From an uncultured candidate division Zixibacteria bacterium (GTDB taxonomy: Bacteria; Zixibacteria; MSB-5A5; GN15; FEB-12), in contig OY760907.1 of NCBI GenBank assembly GCA_963664195.1, forward strand, positions 704,001 through 768,000: a stretch of DNA of 64,000 nt, written 5' to 3'. Positions within the stretch are counted from its first letter, which is position 1, and each line of letters opens with the position of its first letter. Shown in pieces: positions 21,295 to 30,015 of the stretch. The position numbers and the translations under genes are program-made. The notes beneath the pieces were generated by a model. That model worked only from the letters and a program-made list of their open reading frames with translations. It was not told the origin of the DNA and did no database searches.

Positions 21295-21995
21295 ACCGGG
21301 GCTCCTTTCTTGTGTAGAGTAGTGGCAACATCATTGTCGGGCGTCGGCGGGAATTTCCACGCCAGACTTGAGATCAACTGCGAGAAGACAAACAACACAC
21401 AGTGCGCAATCTTCGTAAACGGCAGCAGAATGAAAATGATGTCCGCCGAGAGCACGTGCATGAGCATCGCAACCTTGTAGGTTGCCGGATCAACGGTCAA
21501 ATTCGCGCAAATGAAACCGGTTGTGAACGGTATCAGGAGCACGATCGGCCAGAGATAATCCTGTTTGCGGCTGATGAACCGTGAGGCCTTGTGAGAGACA
21601 CGACCGATGATCAGTGCCACCCCAAATACTATGGTGGATATCGTCAGCCAGTCGGCCCAGGCCTTTGGCAGCGTGAGCCATCCAAACCCGAGCACGCCCT
21701 TCCAGAGCTCCACGTGGGCGAACAGGAGAAGCGGCACGGCCAACAGACCAACATGGAATAGTATCGAAAACACGCTATAGAACGGCCGGTTCACCATGAC
21801 TCGGTTGACCGGGATTATCCAATTGATTGTCCGTTTTATAATCCACGGCCAGGGAATGTCTTTGTCGCCGGCTTTGCGCCAGGCGAGGAAGGCGGCCACG
21901 ATATCCAGCGCGATAACGCGGAACAATCCCAACAGCATAACGGCCAGACTGAAGCGAAACAGCGGGCCACGAGCGAATTCAAGCAAAGCATCCAT
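21291..21995 (-). CDS. HmcE/DsrM/NarI-like membrane cytochrome b
   Basis: FARGPLF, FHVG...FAH, HVLS...LPFTKIAH conserved His in TM helices. Confidence 0.85.
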   Translation of the reverse strand: MDALLEFARGPLFRFSLAVMLLGLFRVIALDIVAAFLAWRKAGDKDIPWPWIIKRTINWIIPVNRVMVNRPFYSVFSILFHVGLLAVPLLLFAHVELWKGVLGFGWLTLPKAWADWLTISTIVFGVALIIGRVSHKASRFISRKQDYLWPIVLLIPFTTGFICANLTVDPATYKVAMLMHVLSADIIFILLPFTKIAHCVLFVFSQLISSLAWKFPPTPDNDVATTLHKKGAPV

Positions 21996-21999
21996 TGTA

Positions 22000-23460
22000 T
22001 TACTCTTCCTCCTCAGCGACCGCAGCCTCTTTGATCTTCATTGATTCCGGGAATATGATCGCCTTGTAGATCAGGTCGTGAAGACCCATCACCTCACAGT
22101 CGATTTTCTGATCCTCTACCAACTCCTTCAATTGCTTCTTGCAGTTGGCACAGGGGGCCACCAGAATCGAACAGCCTGATTCCCGAATCTGGTCGGCTTT
22201 CAGCTTACCGCCCACGGTCGTACGATAGGGGCGGATTTCATCGATGGAAACCGAACCACCGCCGCCACCGCAGCAAATGTTGTTTACTCCCTTGGGGGCC
22301 ATTTCGACATAGTTCTTGCAGAAGGCTCTGAGAATCTCACGCGGTTGATCAACAATCCATCCCTGACGCGCCAGGTTGCACGGATCATGGTAGGCCACAA
22401 CCTCGGTAACAACATTCGGATCGAGTTTGAATCGCCCCTCTTTCCAGGCCTTGTAGGTGTATTCCATGATGTTGAGAACCGGTAAGGCATCCTTTCCACC
22501 ACAGAAGGTCGGAAGGAACCCCTTGGCCGAGCGCGAGGCATGTCCGCATTCGCCGATCAACACGTTTTTCCCTTTGAGACGCTTTGTCTCGGCGTCGATT
22601 TTCTTGACCACACGCTCAAGAATCCGATCGGAGTAAAACAGACCGTAGTTGATACCGTCGAAATACCCCGTACCGGTTGTCCAGGAATCACCTGTCGCCC
22701 GAAACACCGCCGCAATCCCCATAAGCGTCTCGGCTTCCATCAGGAAGTCACTGACAGCCGGGAAAAACACGTAGTCCGCACCCTCGACGTCGAGAGGGAA
22801 TTCTATCTTGACGTGCTTGTCCTCTTCCATGTCCTCTGAGAGGAACTCAAGCGTATCGACCAGCGCCGGGACCGGAATCGCCGACGTGTTGCCTGACTCG
22901 CCCTCAAGCTGCTCCCTCGTGCTGACTACCAGCGCACGCGGAACAATCCCGATCTCGCTGAGAATATAACGACCGAGGTGGGTAACCAGACCGTGGTCGA
23001 TGCCCGCCGGGCAGTCGTTGTTGCAGCGACGACAGGCAGTGCAGTTCCAGAAGCTTTCGGCCATTTCCTGAATTTTCTCGTCGGTCAGATATCCGGATCC
23101 AAGCACACGCCCCTTGAGCATGCCTCCCATTGTGAAATGGCGACGGTACACGCTGAGCAGCAGTTCCGAACGGTAGCAGGGGATGTCTTTCGGATCACCG
23201 GTCGCCTGGTATACCTGACAGGTAGTGGCACACCGCGAACACTTGGCACTCATACGAACATAGTGATCCAGCGCCATGCCATAGTTGGAGTGCTTGAGGA
23301 TGGCCGCAAACGCTTCCAGGAAGCGCCGTGGGCGGTCATTGCTGTCGAAATCCTCCACATGGTAGCGGACATCGAGCTTCTGTTTCTCGCAAGTCTCCGG
23401 TTTTCTTGCCGAAGAAAACGCCTTTTTGCGCTCTTCAGCATTGATCGGATTTGTCTTCAT
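22000..23460 (-). CDS. HmcF/DsrK/HdrD-like Fe-S oxidoreductase with CCG domain
   Basis: CTACRRCNNDCP, ECGHA, YHDPCN, CCGGGGG, APCANC. Confidence 0.88.
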   Translation of the reverse strand: MKTNPINAEERKKAFSSARKPETCEKQKLDVRYHVEDFDSNDRPRRFLEAFAAILKHSNYGMALDHYVRMSAKCSRCATTCQVYQATGDPKDIPCYRSELLLSVYRRHFTMGGMLKGRVLGSGYLTDEKIQEMAESFWNCTACRRCNNDCPAGIDHGLVTHLGRYILSEIGIVPRALVVSTREQLEGESGNTSAIPVPALVDTLEFLSEDMEEDKHVKIEFPLDVEGADYVFFPAVSDFLMEAETLMGIAAVFRATGDSWTTGTGYFDGINYGLFYSDRILERVVKKIDAETKRLKGKNVLIGECGHASRSAKGFLPTFCGGKDALPVLNIMEYTYKAWKEGRFKLDPNVVTEVVAYHDPCNLARQGWIVDQPREILRAFCKNYVEMAPKGVNNICCGGGGGSVSIDEIRPYRTTVGGKLKADQIRESGCSILVAPCANCKKQLKELVEDQKIDCEVMGLHDLIYKAIIFPESMKIKEAAVAEEEE

Positions 23461-23518
23461 CTATGCTCCATTCTCAACAGGACAGATGTCCCTTCATCAG
23501 AGATAATTGTCTGCAAAA

Positions 23519-24274
23519 TCACTCTGCATCCCAGGATGCCTTCTCGTGGTCGGTTATCGGCCCCCTGAGAAGCGGAATCTTGTCAAATGCCGTTTCTACG
23601 CCCGGCACCCGTACCGCCTCGGCATCTATCAATTCTATGTCATATTCCTTGCAGCACTTCTCGATCGCCGGTCTGGCCGGACAGTAATAAGCCCGCGCCT
23701 GGTAATCGGTCTGTGTAGCCAGATGGAATTCGAAAATCTCCTGTTTGCAACGATAGGTATGAGCGCCGCAGCAAACGGCCACTCTCACCGGACGCCGGCA
23801 AATCGGACAAGAAATCTCGGCAACCAGGTCAATCATAAAGGCGTCTTCGCCCGGTCCCTCGGATACCGCGTACCCGTGAGAGGTGAAAAGCCCGCGAGCA
23901 TGTTCCACAAGCGACTCGTGGGACATCGTGTCCATGTCAACCATGTCATCCGGGTCCCGTTCATCCGGCACCAAACTGCCGTCGATGAACATCTCGAGCG
24001 CCTTCTCGGCGCTATCACTGACATTCGGGATCACCGTGACCCCGGAAGCTGTCAGCATATCTCTATAGGAGCCTTTGATGCCGCTGCAGATAAGGACACC
24101 AACTCCGTGCATCTGCAACGCACGTATACGGTGATGCCCCTCGGTTCCTTCGCACAGGACCGTCTTCTTCTCGACGACCCGTCCACCTTCTACGTTGGCA
24201 ACCAGTAGCTTACGGGCGGCCTCGAATCTCGGTGCCACCGCAGACCCCATAATTGGTATTGCAACTTTGTCCAT
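23519..24274 (-). CDS. NifB/NifX-family domain fused to a Cys-rich C-terminal domain
   Basis: MDKVAIP...VAPRFE...VLICSGI...GVTVI N-domain; C-domain with CPIC, VCCG, CCKEYDIELID. Confidence 0.75.
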   Translation of the reverse strand: MDKVAIPIMGSAVAPRFEAARKLLVANVEGGRVVEKKTVLCEGTEGHHRIRALQMHGVGVLICSGIKGSYRDMLTASGVTVIPNVSDSAEKALEMFIDGSLVPDERDPDDMVDMDTMSHESLVEHARGLFTSHGYAVSEGPGEDAFMIDLVAEISCPICRRPVRVAVCCGAHTYRCKQEIFEFHLATQTDYQARAYYCPARPAIEKCCKEYDIELIDAEAVRVPGVETAFDKIPLLRGPITDHEKASWDAE

Positions 24275-24290
24275 ACAAGATGAGACATAT

Positions 24291-24306
24291 TGCACCAATC
24301 GTGCCA
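24291..24306 (-). promoter_or_regulatory. Sigma54 (-24/-12) promoter of the Hmc-like operon
   Basis: Minus strand TGGCACGATTGGTGCA, GG-N10-GC. Confidence 0.75.
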
Positions 24307-24368
24307 AAGTTGAACAAATGACTTATGTCATTGCTATACAGATAGATACGAACATGACCGCACAGACG

Positions 24369-24430
24369 ATGTTGCGCGCGATGCAACATGTCGTGTTGCA
24401 CGAGACATAGTGCGACGTTGCACGCAACAC
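24369..24430. promoter_or_regulatory. Putative enhancer (bEBP) binding sites
   Basis: Palindrome ATGTTGC-N7-GCAACAT plus further TGTTGCA/GCAACA half-sites ~70-130 bp upstream of the sigma54 promoter. Confidence 0.6.
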
Positions 24431-24459
24431 AAACTGAGCATTGCGCGCGGAAAGAGGGA

Positions 24460-25830
24460 TCATTCGGGCTTATCGAGTGATATTTGGAAGCGTTTAATTT
24501 TGCGCCAGAGGGTGGTTCGGTGAACGCCTAAGTCTTTGGCTGCTAACGTCATGTTGCCATCGTGCTCTCTCAGAGCGGCGATGATCTGGCGACGTTCGTC
24601 GATTGACTGTGTGACCGGGTCGGCTTCAAGGAAACTTGCCGCATCCGGCTCCTCCAGTTGGGAGAACTCTACCGGCAAATGCTCTTTCTGGATGATACTG
24701 CCACGGCAAACTACAAAACCGTACTCTATAATGTTCTCAAGCTCACGGATATTGCCGGGGAAATCATACTTCATCAACAGGCGCATCACTTCCGGACTGA
24801 CGCTCAGGATACGTTTCCCTTTACGGGCGTTAAACTTCTCGATGAAATGATCAACCAGATACGGAATATCCTCACGCCTCTGTTTCAGCGCGGGCAGGTC
24901 AAACCTCACCACGGCCAGCCGGAAGTACAGATCATCACGGAAATTCCCCTGTGCCACCAACTCCTTGAGATCACGATTGGTCGCCGCCACCACGCGGATA
25001 TCCGCCTTGACCGAAGTTGTACCACCTACCGGCTCGTACTCACGTTGTTGCAACAATCGAAGCAATTTCACCTGTGTCGACAACGGCAACTCCCCGATCT
25101 CGTCGAAAAAAACCGTGCCAGTCTCTGCCTGAGCCAGTTTGCCGGCTTTGTCCCGTTTAGCATCGGTGAAGGCACCCTTGACGTAGCCGAACAGCTCCGA
25201 TTCAAACAACTGAGTCGGAAGCGTACCGCAGTTTATAATCCTTAACGGTTTGTCTTTGCGCGGACTCAGGTTGTGTATGGCATGAGCAAACAACTCCTTG
25301 CCTGACCCCGAAGGTCCTTGTATCAGCACCGTGCTTTCGCTCTCGGCGATATCTGGCAGGATGGCAAACAGCTTGTGAATTTTCGGACTCTTTGAGATGA
25401 TATCCTCGATCGAGTACCTCTGGCTGAGTTCTTTGCGCAAATGCTCGATTGCGGAGAGATCGCGGAATGTTTCGACCGCCCCGAGCACTTCGCCGTCGTC
25501 ATCCCGAAGCACGGCAGTCGAGATGCTGATCGGGATTTTGTCGCCGCGACTATTAATGATACTGACCGGACGATCGATTGTCTGGACGCCAGTCTTGAGC
25601 GTGCGGTGCAGCGGGCAGTTTTCGCACATATCGGAATGGAAAATATCGGAGCAATGTTTCCCGATAGCCTTTGCAGCGGAAATACCGGTGATACGTTCGG
25701 CGGCTTGGTTGAACGATGTGATGATACGATTGGAATCGACCGTAAATACACCGTCGGCGATAGAACTCAGGATAACCTTGAAGAATCTCAGATCCTGTGG
25801 AGTTGCTTTCACCTTATCTCCTGTTTCCAA
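24460..25830 (-). CDS. PAS-domain sigma54-dependent transcriptional activator
   Basis: GPSGSGKEL, ESELFGYVKGAFTDA, FFDEIGE, FPGNIREL, Fis-type HTH. Confidence 0.95.
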   Translation of the reverse strand: METGDKVKATPQDLRFFKVILSSIADGVFTVDSNRIITSFNQAAERITGISAAKAIGKHCSDIFHSDMCENCPLHRTLKTGVQTIDRPVSIINSRGDKIPISISTAVLRDDDGEVLGAVETFRDLSAIEHLRKELSQRYSIEDIISKSPKIHKLFAILPDIAESESTVLIQGPSGSGKELFAHAIHNLSPRKDKPLRIINCGTLPTQLFESELFGYVKGAFTDAKRDKAGKLAQAETGTVFFDEIGELPLSTQVKLLRLLQQREYEPVGGTTSVKADIRVVAATNRDLKELVAQGNFRDDLYFRLAVVRFDLPALKQRREDIPYLVDHFIEKFNARKGKRILSVSPEVMRLLMKYDFPGNIRELENIIEYGFVVCRGSIIQKEHLPVEFSQLEEPDAASFLEADPVTQSIDERRQIIAALREHDGNMTLAAKDLGVHRTTLWRKIKRFQISLDKPE

Positions 25831-26038
25831 TTGCTTCCGGATGCAGTCCAGAGCTATTTAACGCCCGACTCAGTTAAAAGCAACCATGGAAATCGGGGGA
25901 TGGTTCCTGAACCCACGCGGGGATGGGTGGGATAGCGAATCAGCAATGTGGGTCGCGGTTTCAAAGAAGCCGGTGGCGAGAGAGAAAACCGATGCATCAC
26001 GTCATCCGCGTCATCAACACCGGCCCAAGCAAGCTTGA

Positions 26039-26280
26039 GCCGGCCAACTCGTGGGGCTTCGTCAGATTGACGAGGATATCTGGGACATCTACTTCGGACC
26101 CATCCGACTGGCCCAACTCGACACCGTCAAGAAAAGACTGATTCACCTACCGAAAACGAAGAAACGCAAAAGCAGGCATTCGACAGGAAAAGAGCATTGA
26201 TAACCAAACCCGTGCCTCGGGTGCGGGAAAGTGTTACCTATGTGCCTGGATTAATCTGTAACCTATGTCCGGATCAGACA
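26039..26280 (+). mobile_element. IS481-family remnant (transposase C-terminus plus right end)
   Basis: 26039-26200 reads AGQLVGLRQIDEDIWDIYFGPIRLAQLD...*; followed by TGTTACCTATGT...TGTAACCTATGT...GACA terminal repeat motif. Confidence 0.75.
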
Positions 26281-26601
26281 GGTGGCCCGCCCGTGCCTCG
26301 GGTGGGGGACAGCCGCGTTCTCCCCTATGTGGACCTCCGGTGGCCAACCCGTGCCTCGGGTGGGGGACAGCCGCGTTCTCCCCTTGTGACCACCAGCGTT
26401 TTGTGACCACCAGGGTTCCGCCCCTGGCGGATTCGATTCCCGATTGACATTCACCCGCAATTGTGTATTTTGAAGGCGATTATAGTTCAACCAGATTCAC
26501 TCGGTGATACGGGAGGGATGTGTGGCAATCAAGCGACCAGTAGAAACCCGGGGGGCGATGCGGCTGGCAAAGGGGCAGACGAGGGCGTCTGCCGCCCACG
26601 G
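26281..26601 (+). repeat. Constant module copy A (1 full + 1 partial 58-bp unit, 2 TGTGACCA boxes, leader, REP)
   Basis: Near-identical to 28160-28708 and 30427-30916. Confidence 0.92.
26444..26471 (+). promoter_or_regulatory. Sigma70-like promoter in the constant module (also 30759-30786; -10 decayed in the copy at 28551)
   Basis: TTGACA-N16-TATTTT. Confidence 0.5.
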
Positions 26602-26802
26602 ATACTGGACCCGACATCCACGATTATAACGGGTATAATACCCAATCCCTGGTTTGACAAGAGGATCAAACCGCAGGGCACCCTGTTGAACAATGAGACT
26701 GATGTTCAGCGCAAGCGGCAGATAGCCGAAATTCGCAGCCAGAAGATGGCTGAAAACAAATTCAACAGACAAAGGTCAACACAAGCCAACCACCAACCCT
26801 AG
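26518..26802 (+). pseudogene. Constant-leader peptide fused to a probable 3' fragment of another gene
   Basis: MCGNQATSRNPGGDAAGKGADEGVCRPR (repeat-encoded) continues in frame into unique ILDPTSTIITGIIPNPWF... Confidence 0.35.
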
Positions 26803-26835
26803 TTCGGCAGTGTTCCTGAATGGAAAGGTATTCTC

Positions 26836-27843
26836 ATGGGAAGAGCAGTCTCTTTCGACAAACGCGTAGCCGCGAAAATGTGCTTCATTCCGGTAGTACT
26901 GGGTTTGGTTCTGCTGTTATGGCTGGAGTGCTCTTTTGTTACCGAGCGCTTTCCGCAATACTCCGGCACCATTCTGATGTTTAAGAGCGAAATATTGACC
27001 TTTGATCTGCAATCTGGTTCGCTTGGTACTATTGAGCTCGCTAAGGGGCCGGAGAATGCCTCGAGATTTCTGGCAGCAGGTCACGGGGGATCACTGATGC
27101 TGCTCAGTTATATGTCTTTCCAAGAGGAGCGCTGGGGGAGAGATCGACATGAATCTGAAACTCGGATATACGTCTATGAACCCCTGAGTCCTGGGGCTGA
27201 ACTTGTCCAAGAGCTCAACGTCCCCGGCGTGTTCTGTAATTCATTAGATTACTACTCGGTTACAAACTCGTTTCTTCTGTGTGGGGTCTTGCGAGATCAG
27301 CGGGGCGTTTTTGTGCTCGACTCCAACTTTGCTGAGATTGATGATCTCACACTTGTTGCTCGAGGGTGTGCGATAGACGCATCCGGCAAGCCGGCCGTGT
27401 TAGAAAGCGCGCCCACCGGCGGCTTCTTCATTGATAGCACGCGGATAGCGATTGATCTGATTGACGGTGTCTTTCTGATTGATTTGGGCAGCCAGTCTTG
27501 CCGAAAGCTACATGCCCAGCACAAGCATTTGCTGGGAGCGACTCGTGACCGGCGTACGCTGGTTCTTGCCCGACGGACCGTGGATGAGGACACCATAGTT
27601 GAGCTGTTTAGGCTTGAAGGAGACAGCGCAGTATTTGTGGAAAGAGTTCCCGGTTTCTACTGCTTCTCGCCCGACGAGAAGGTGATCGCTTACGGAAAGA
27701 CTGAGGGCATACTGGATGATCTGGTTCGTATTTGGTTGTATGATCTCGAGACTAAGGAGAACTATAAGACAAACTTGGTGAGCGGGGCAAGTTTCAGTTC
27801 GTCCATGGTCTGGGTGGAGGAGGTTGCGAACTCCCCGGAATAG
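26836..27843 (+). CDS. Membrane-anchored hypothetical protein, TolB-like beta-propeller features (cargo A)
   Basis: N-terminal hydrophobic helix; FSPDEKVIAY, IWLYDLET motifs; AAAGG upstream. Confidence 0.7.
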   Translation: MGRAVSFDKRVAAKMCFIPVVLGLVLLLWLECSFVTERFPQYSGTILMFKSEILTFDLQSGSLGTIELAKGPENASRFLAAGHGGSLMLLSYMSFQEERWGRDRHESETRIYVYEPLSPGAELVQELNVPGVFCNSLDYYSVTNSFLLCGVLRDQRGVFVLDSNFAEIDDLTLVARGCAIDASGKPAVLESAPTGGFFIDSTRIAIDLIDGVFLIDLGSQSCRKLHAQHKHLLGATRDRRTLVLARRTVDEDTIVELFRLEGDSAVFVERVPGFYCFSPDEKVIAYGKTEGILDDLVRIWLYDLETKENYKTNLVSGASFSSSMVWVEEVANSPE

Positions 27844-28159
27844 CAATTCGGACGAACACAACTCAGTTTGTTGCCGCCGCGACACTAAGCACTGCGCCTT
27901 TTCGACTGGTGCCTACTTCTTCGCCATGACGGCTGGCGACCTCGTCCGGACGAGGAAAATGCTCCTGTATAAGTGACGCTTGCCGAGTCTGATCGGGGGC
28001 ACAGCAATGTGTGTCGTGTGACCAAATTGTGACCACGGAGCACCAAAACAGCCCGATTGAGGCAAATCGAGGCAAAAGAATACAAAAGAATCAAGTTCTT
28101 GCGGTCCTTCAGCTTATTGCACAAGTCGTTGTGGAGTAATGCATTGCAGAGCACCTGTC

Positions 28160-28708
28160 CGGCGAATCCCTACCTCTCCGCTTATTTTGTCTTCCATTAC
28201 ATGCGAGTTTGCAGCTTGCCGTCCGTTCGGTGGCCAACCCGTGCCTCGGGTGGGGGACAGCCGCGTTCTCCCTTTTGTGGACCTCCGGTGGCCAACCCGT
28301 GCCTCGGGTGGGGGACAGCCGCGTTCTCCCTTTTGTGGACCTCCGGTGGCCAACCCGTGCCTCGGGTGGGGGACAGCCGCGTTCTCCCCTTTGTGGACCT
28401 CCGGTGGCCAACCCGTGCCTCGGGTGGGGGACAACCGCGTTCTCCCCTTTGTGGACCTCCGGTGGCCAACCCGTGCCTCGGGTGGGAGATAGCCGTACTC
28501 GCCCCTTTTGTGACCACCAGGGATCCACCTCTGGGGGATTCGTTTCCCGATTGACAATCACCCGCAATTGTGTTTTTTGAAGGCGATCTTAGACCAATCA
28601 GATTCACTCGGTGATACGGGAGGGATGTGTGACAATCAAGCGACCACTAGAAACCCGGGGGGCGATGCGGCTGGCAAAGGGGCAGACGAGGGCGTCTGCC
28701 GCCCACGG
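28160..28708 (+). repeat. Constant module copy B (att-like core, 4 full + 1 partial 58-bp units starting 28229, leader, REP)
   Basis: Units start 28229, 28287, 28345, 28403, 28461. Confidence 0.95.
28163..28181 (+). other. tRNA-Ser 3'-end fragment (att-like core)
   Basis: CGAAT-CCCTA-CCTCTCC-G-C = T-loop end, T-stem strand, acceptor strand of a GGAGAGG tRNA, G discriminator; repeated at 30430. Confidence 0.7.
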
Positions 28709-28728
28709 GATACGAAGTCTATCAGTAC

Positions 28729-29448
28729 ATGACGAGTGTATCGCGGGGTTTGGCCCCTCCCTGCCACTTGATCATGTTTGACGGGAGCGTGATAGCAGGC
28801 CGCGAAAGTGAGAAGAACGAGGATTGGATTGACGACTTGCCGAGTGACTGCTCCTATGCGCAGAACTATAGTATTCCAGAAGTGAGAGAGAAGAGACGTG
28901 TTGGACCCAGAAAAGGGAAAGCCAGTCTCGGAACGGACTTGTATTGCTGGGATTCGGAAATGGAGAATATAATAGGGGTTTCTCATATACCCAGGAAGCA
29001 AACCTTAGGGGAGATCGCCGAGGGTTTGTACAGGAATACGGACTATGTATTCAATTGGTTGTTTGAAGTGGGTGACGACACTAGAGACTATGGGCCTGAA
29101 TCCCCTGAGTTACAGGAGATTTCGACTTCCCCGGCTGCCACTGCTATGAGAGATGATTTCTACAGAAATGAGTGTGAGAGCAACGACTTTGGAGAGTACG
29201 GGTCACGGAGGGCCGCTTTCGAGACATTACGTCCTCTTTGGAACACAAGTTCACAGGTGGGTGGGTTTCTGTACACCGCAACCAACAACGGGAATGGTAC
29301 CGTTACCTTCGAATTCACAAACGTCACTTCACTCTGGTCCGCCGGATACCACTTCGATTTCATTCCGCGTCCCCTGCCTCGTGGCGGCATGATTCCACTT
29401 TGTGGTGACCTCAGCCAGACGTTTTCATGGACAGAGCCGATACAGTGA
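28729..29448 (+). CDS. Probable orphan polymorphic-toxin (Rhs-type) C-terminal domain (cargo B)
   Basis: Frame is open back to the REP boundary (GYEVYQYMTS...); ends NGTVTFEFTNVTSLWS...SQTFSWTEP, reminiscent of Rhs C-termini; followed by a small lipoprotein. Confidence 0.55.
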   Translation: MTSVSRGLAPPCHLIMFDGSVIAGRESEKNEDWIDDLPSDCSYAQNYSIPEVREKRRVGPRKGKASLGTDLYCWDSEMENIIGVSHIPRKQTLGEIAEGLYRNTDYVFNWLFEVGDDTRDYGPESPELQEISTSPAATAMRDDFYRNECESNDFGEYGSRRAAFETLRPLWNTSSQVGGFLYTATNNGNGTVTFEFTNVTSLWSAGYHFDFIPRPLPRGGMIPLCGDLSQTFSWTEPIQ

Positions 29449-29555
29449 TGTCGTGAACTCAGGATTTCCGTCATCCTTGACTGTCGCTCTTGGATCATGT
29501 ATCTTGGACTTGGCCGTCGGAGACGGTACAGAACACCTCAGAACGGGAAGGATGT

Positions 29556-30015
29556 ATGAAAGCTAATAGGCCAAGGACTTCTTTGGTAGCGGTGGCTGGT
29601 GCACTTGTTTTGGCTGTTCTCGTGACAGGCTGCGACTACGTAAAGGATTCCGACGAATTGATCGGAGTGTACGAGGCACGCTATTCATTCGGCACGGAGC
29701 GGCTTCAGATCAGGCCGGATGGTACATATTTCGCGCTTCGTGCAGACCATTCGCGTCGACGGTGATTCTGTCATAACAAACCACGGAAACTGGGATTTCA
29801 GGGTGGAAAGCCAATACTCCCACCTGTATCTGGACGATGCTATGGTGGCTGGTGATGTACATGATCGTCTTCGCCCTCGTTTTTGGGAGACTAAGAGTAG
29901 GAGACGTAAGCTTCCCACAGAAAGGATATTCGGAAAGGTCAAGCTGGAAATCCACCCGGACTTTGGAATCTACTACGTAAAGATCACTTCGGAGGAATCG
30001 ACTGCGACAGAGTGA
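29556..30015 (+). pseudogene. Frameshifted lipoprotein, putative immunity protein
   Basis: MKANRPRTSLVAVAGALVLAVLVTGC lipobox; ...RPDGT continues in another frame as FVQTIRVDG...GNW after ~29730. Confidence 0.6.

Noticed and set aside
25860..26030. Possible full tRNA upstream of the cassette array
   Set aside because: GAACCCACG resembles a reversed T-arm, but no cloverleaf could be built.
28229..28510. 58-bp repeats as a CRISPR array
   Set aside because: Units are contiguous with no unique spacers, and no cas genes are present.
28057..28607. Repetitive ORFs across the 58-bp arrays (also 30370-30765)
   Set aside because: Open in most frames only because the repeat lacks stops; the unit length is not a multiple of 3.
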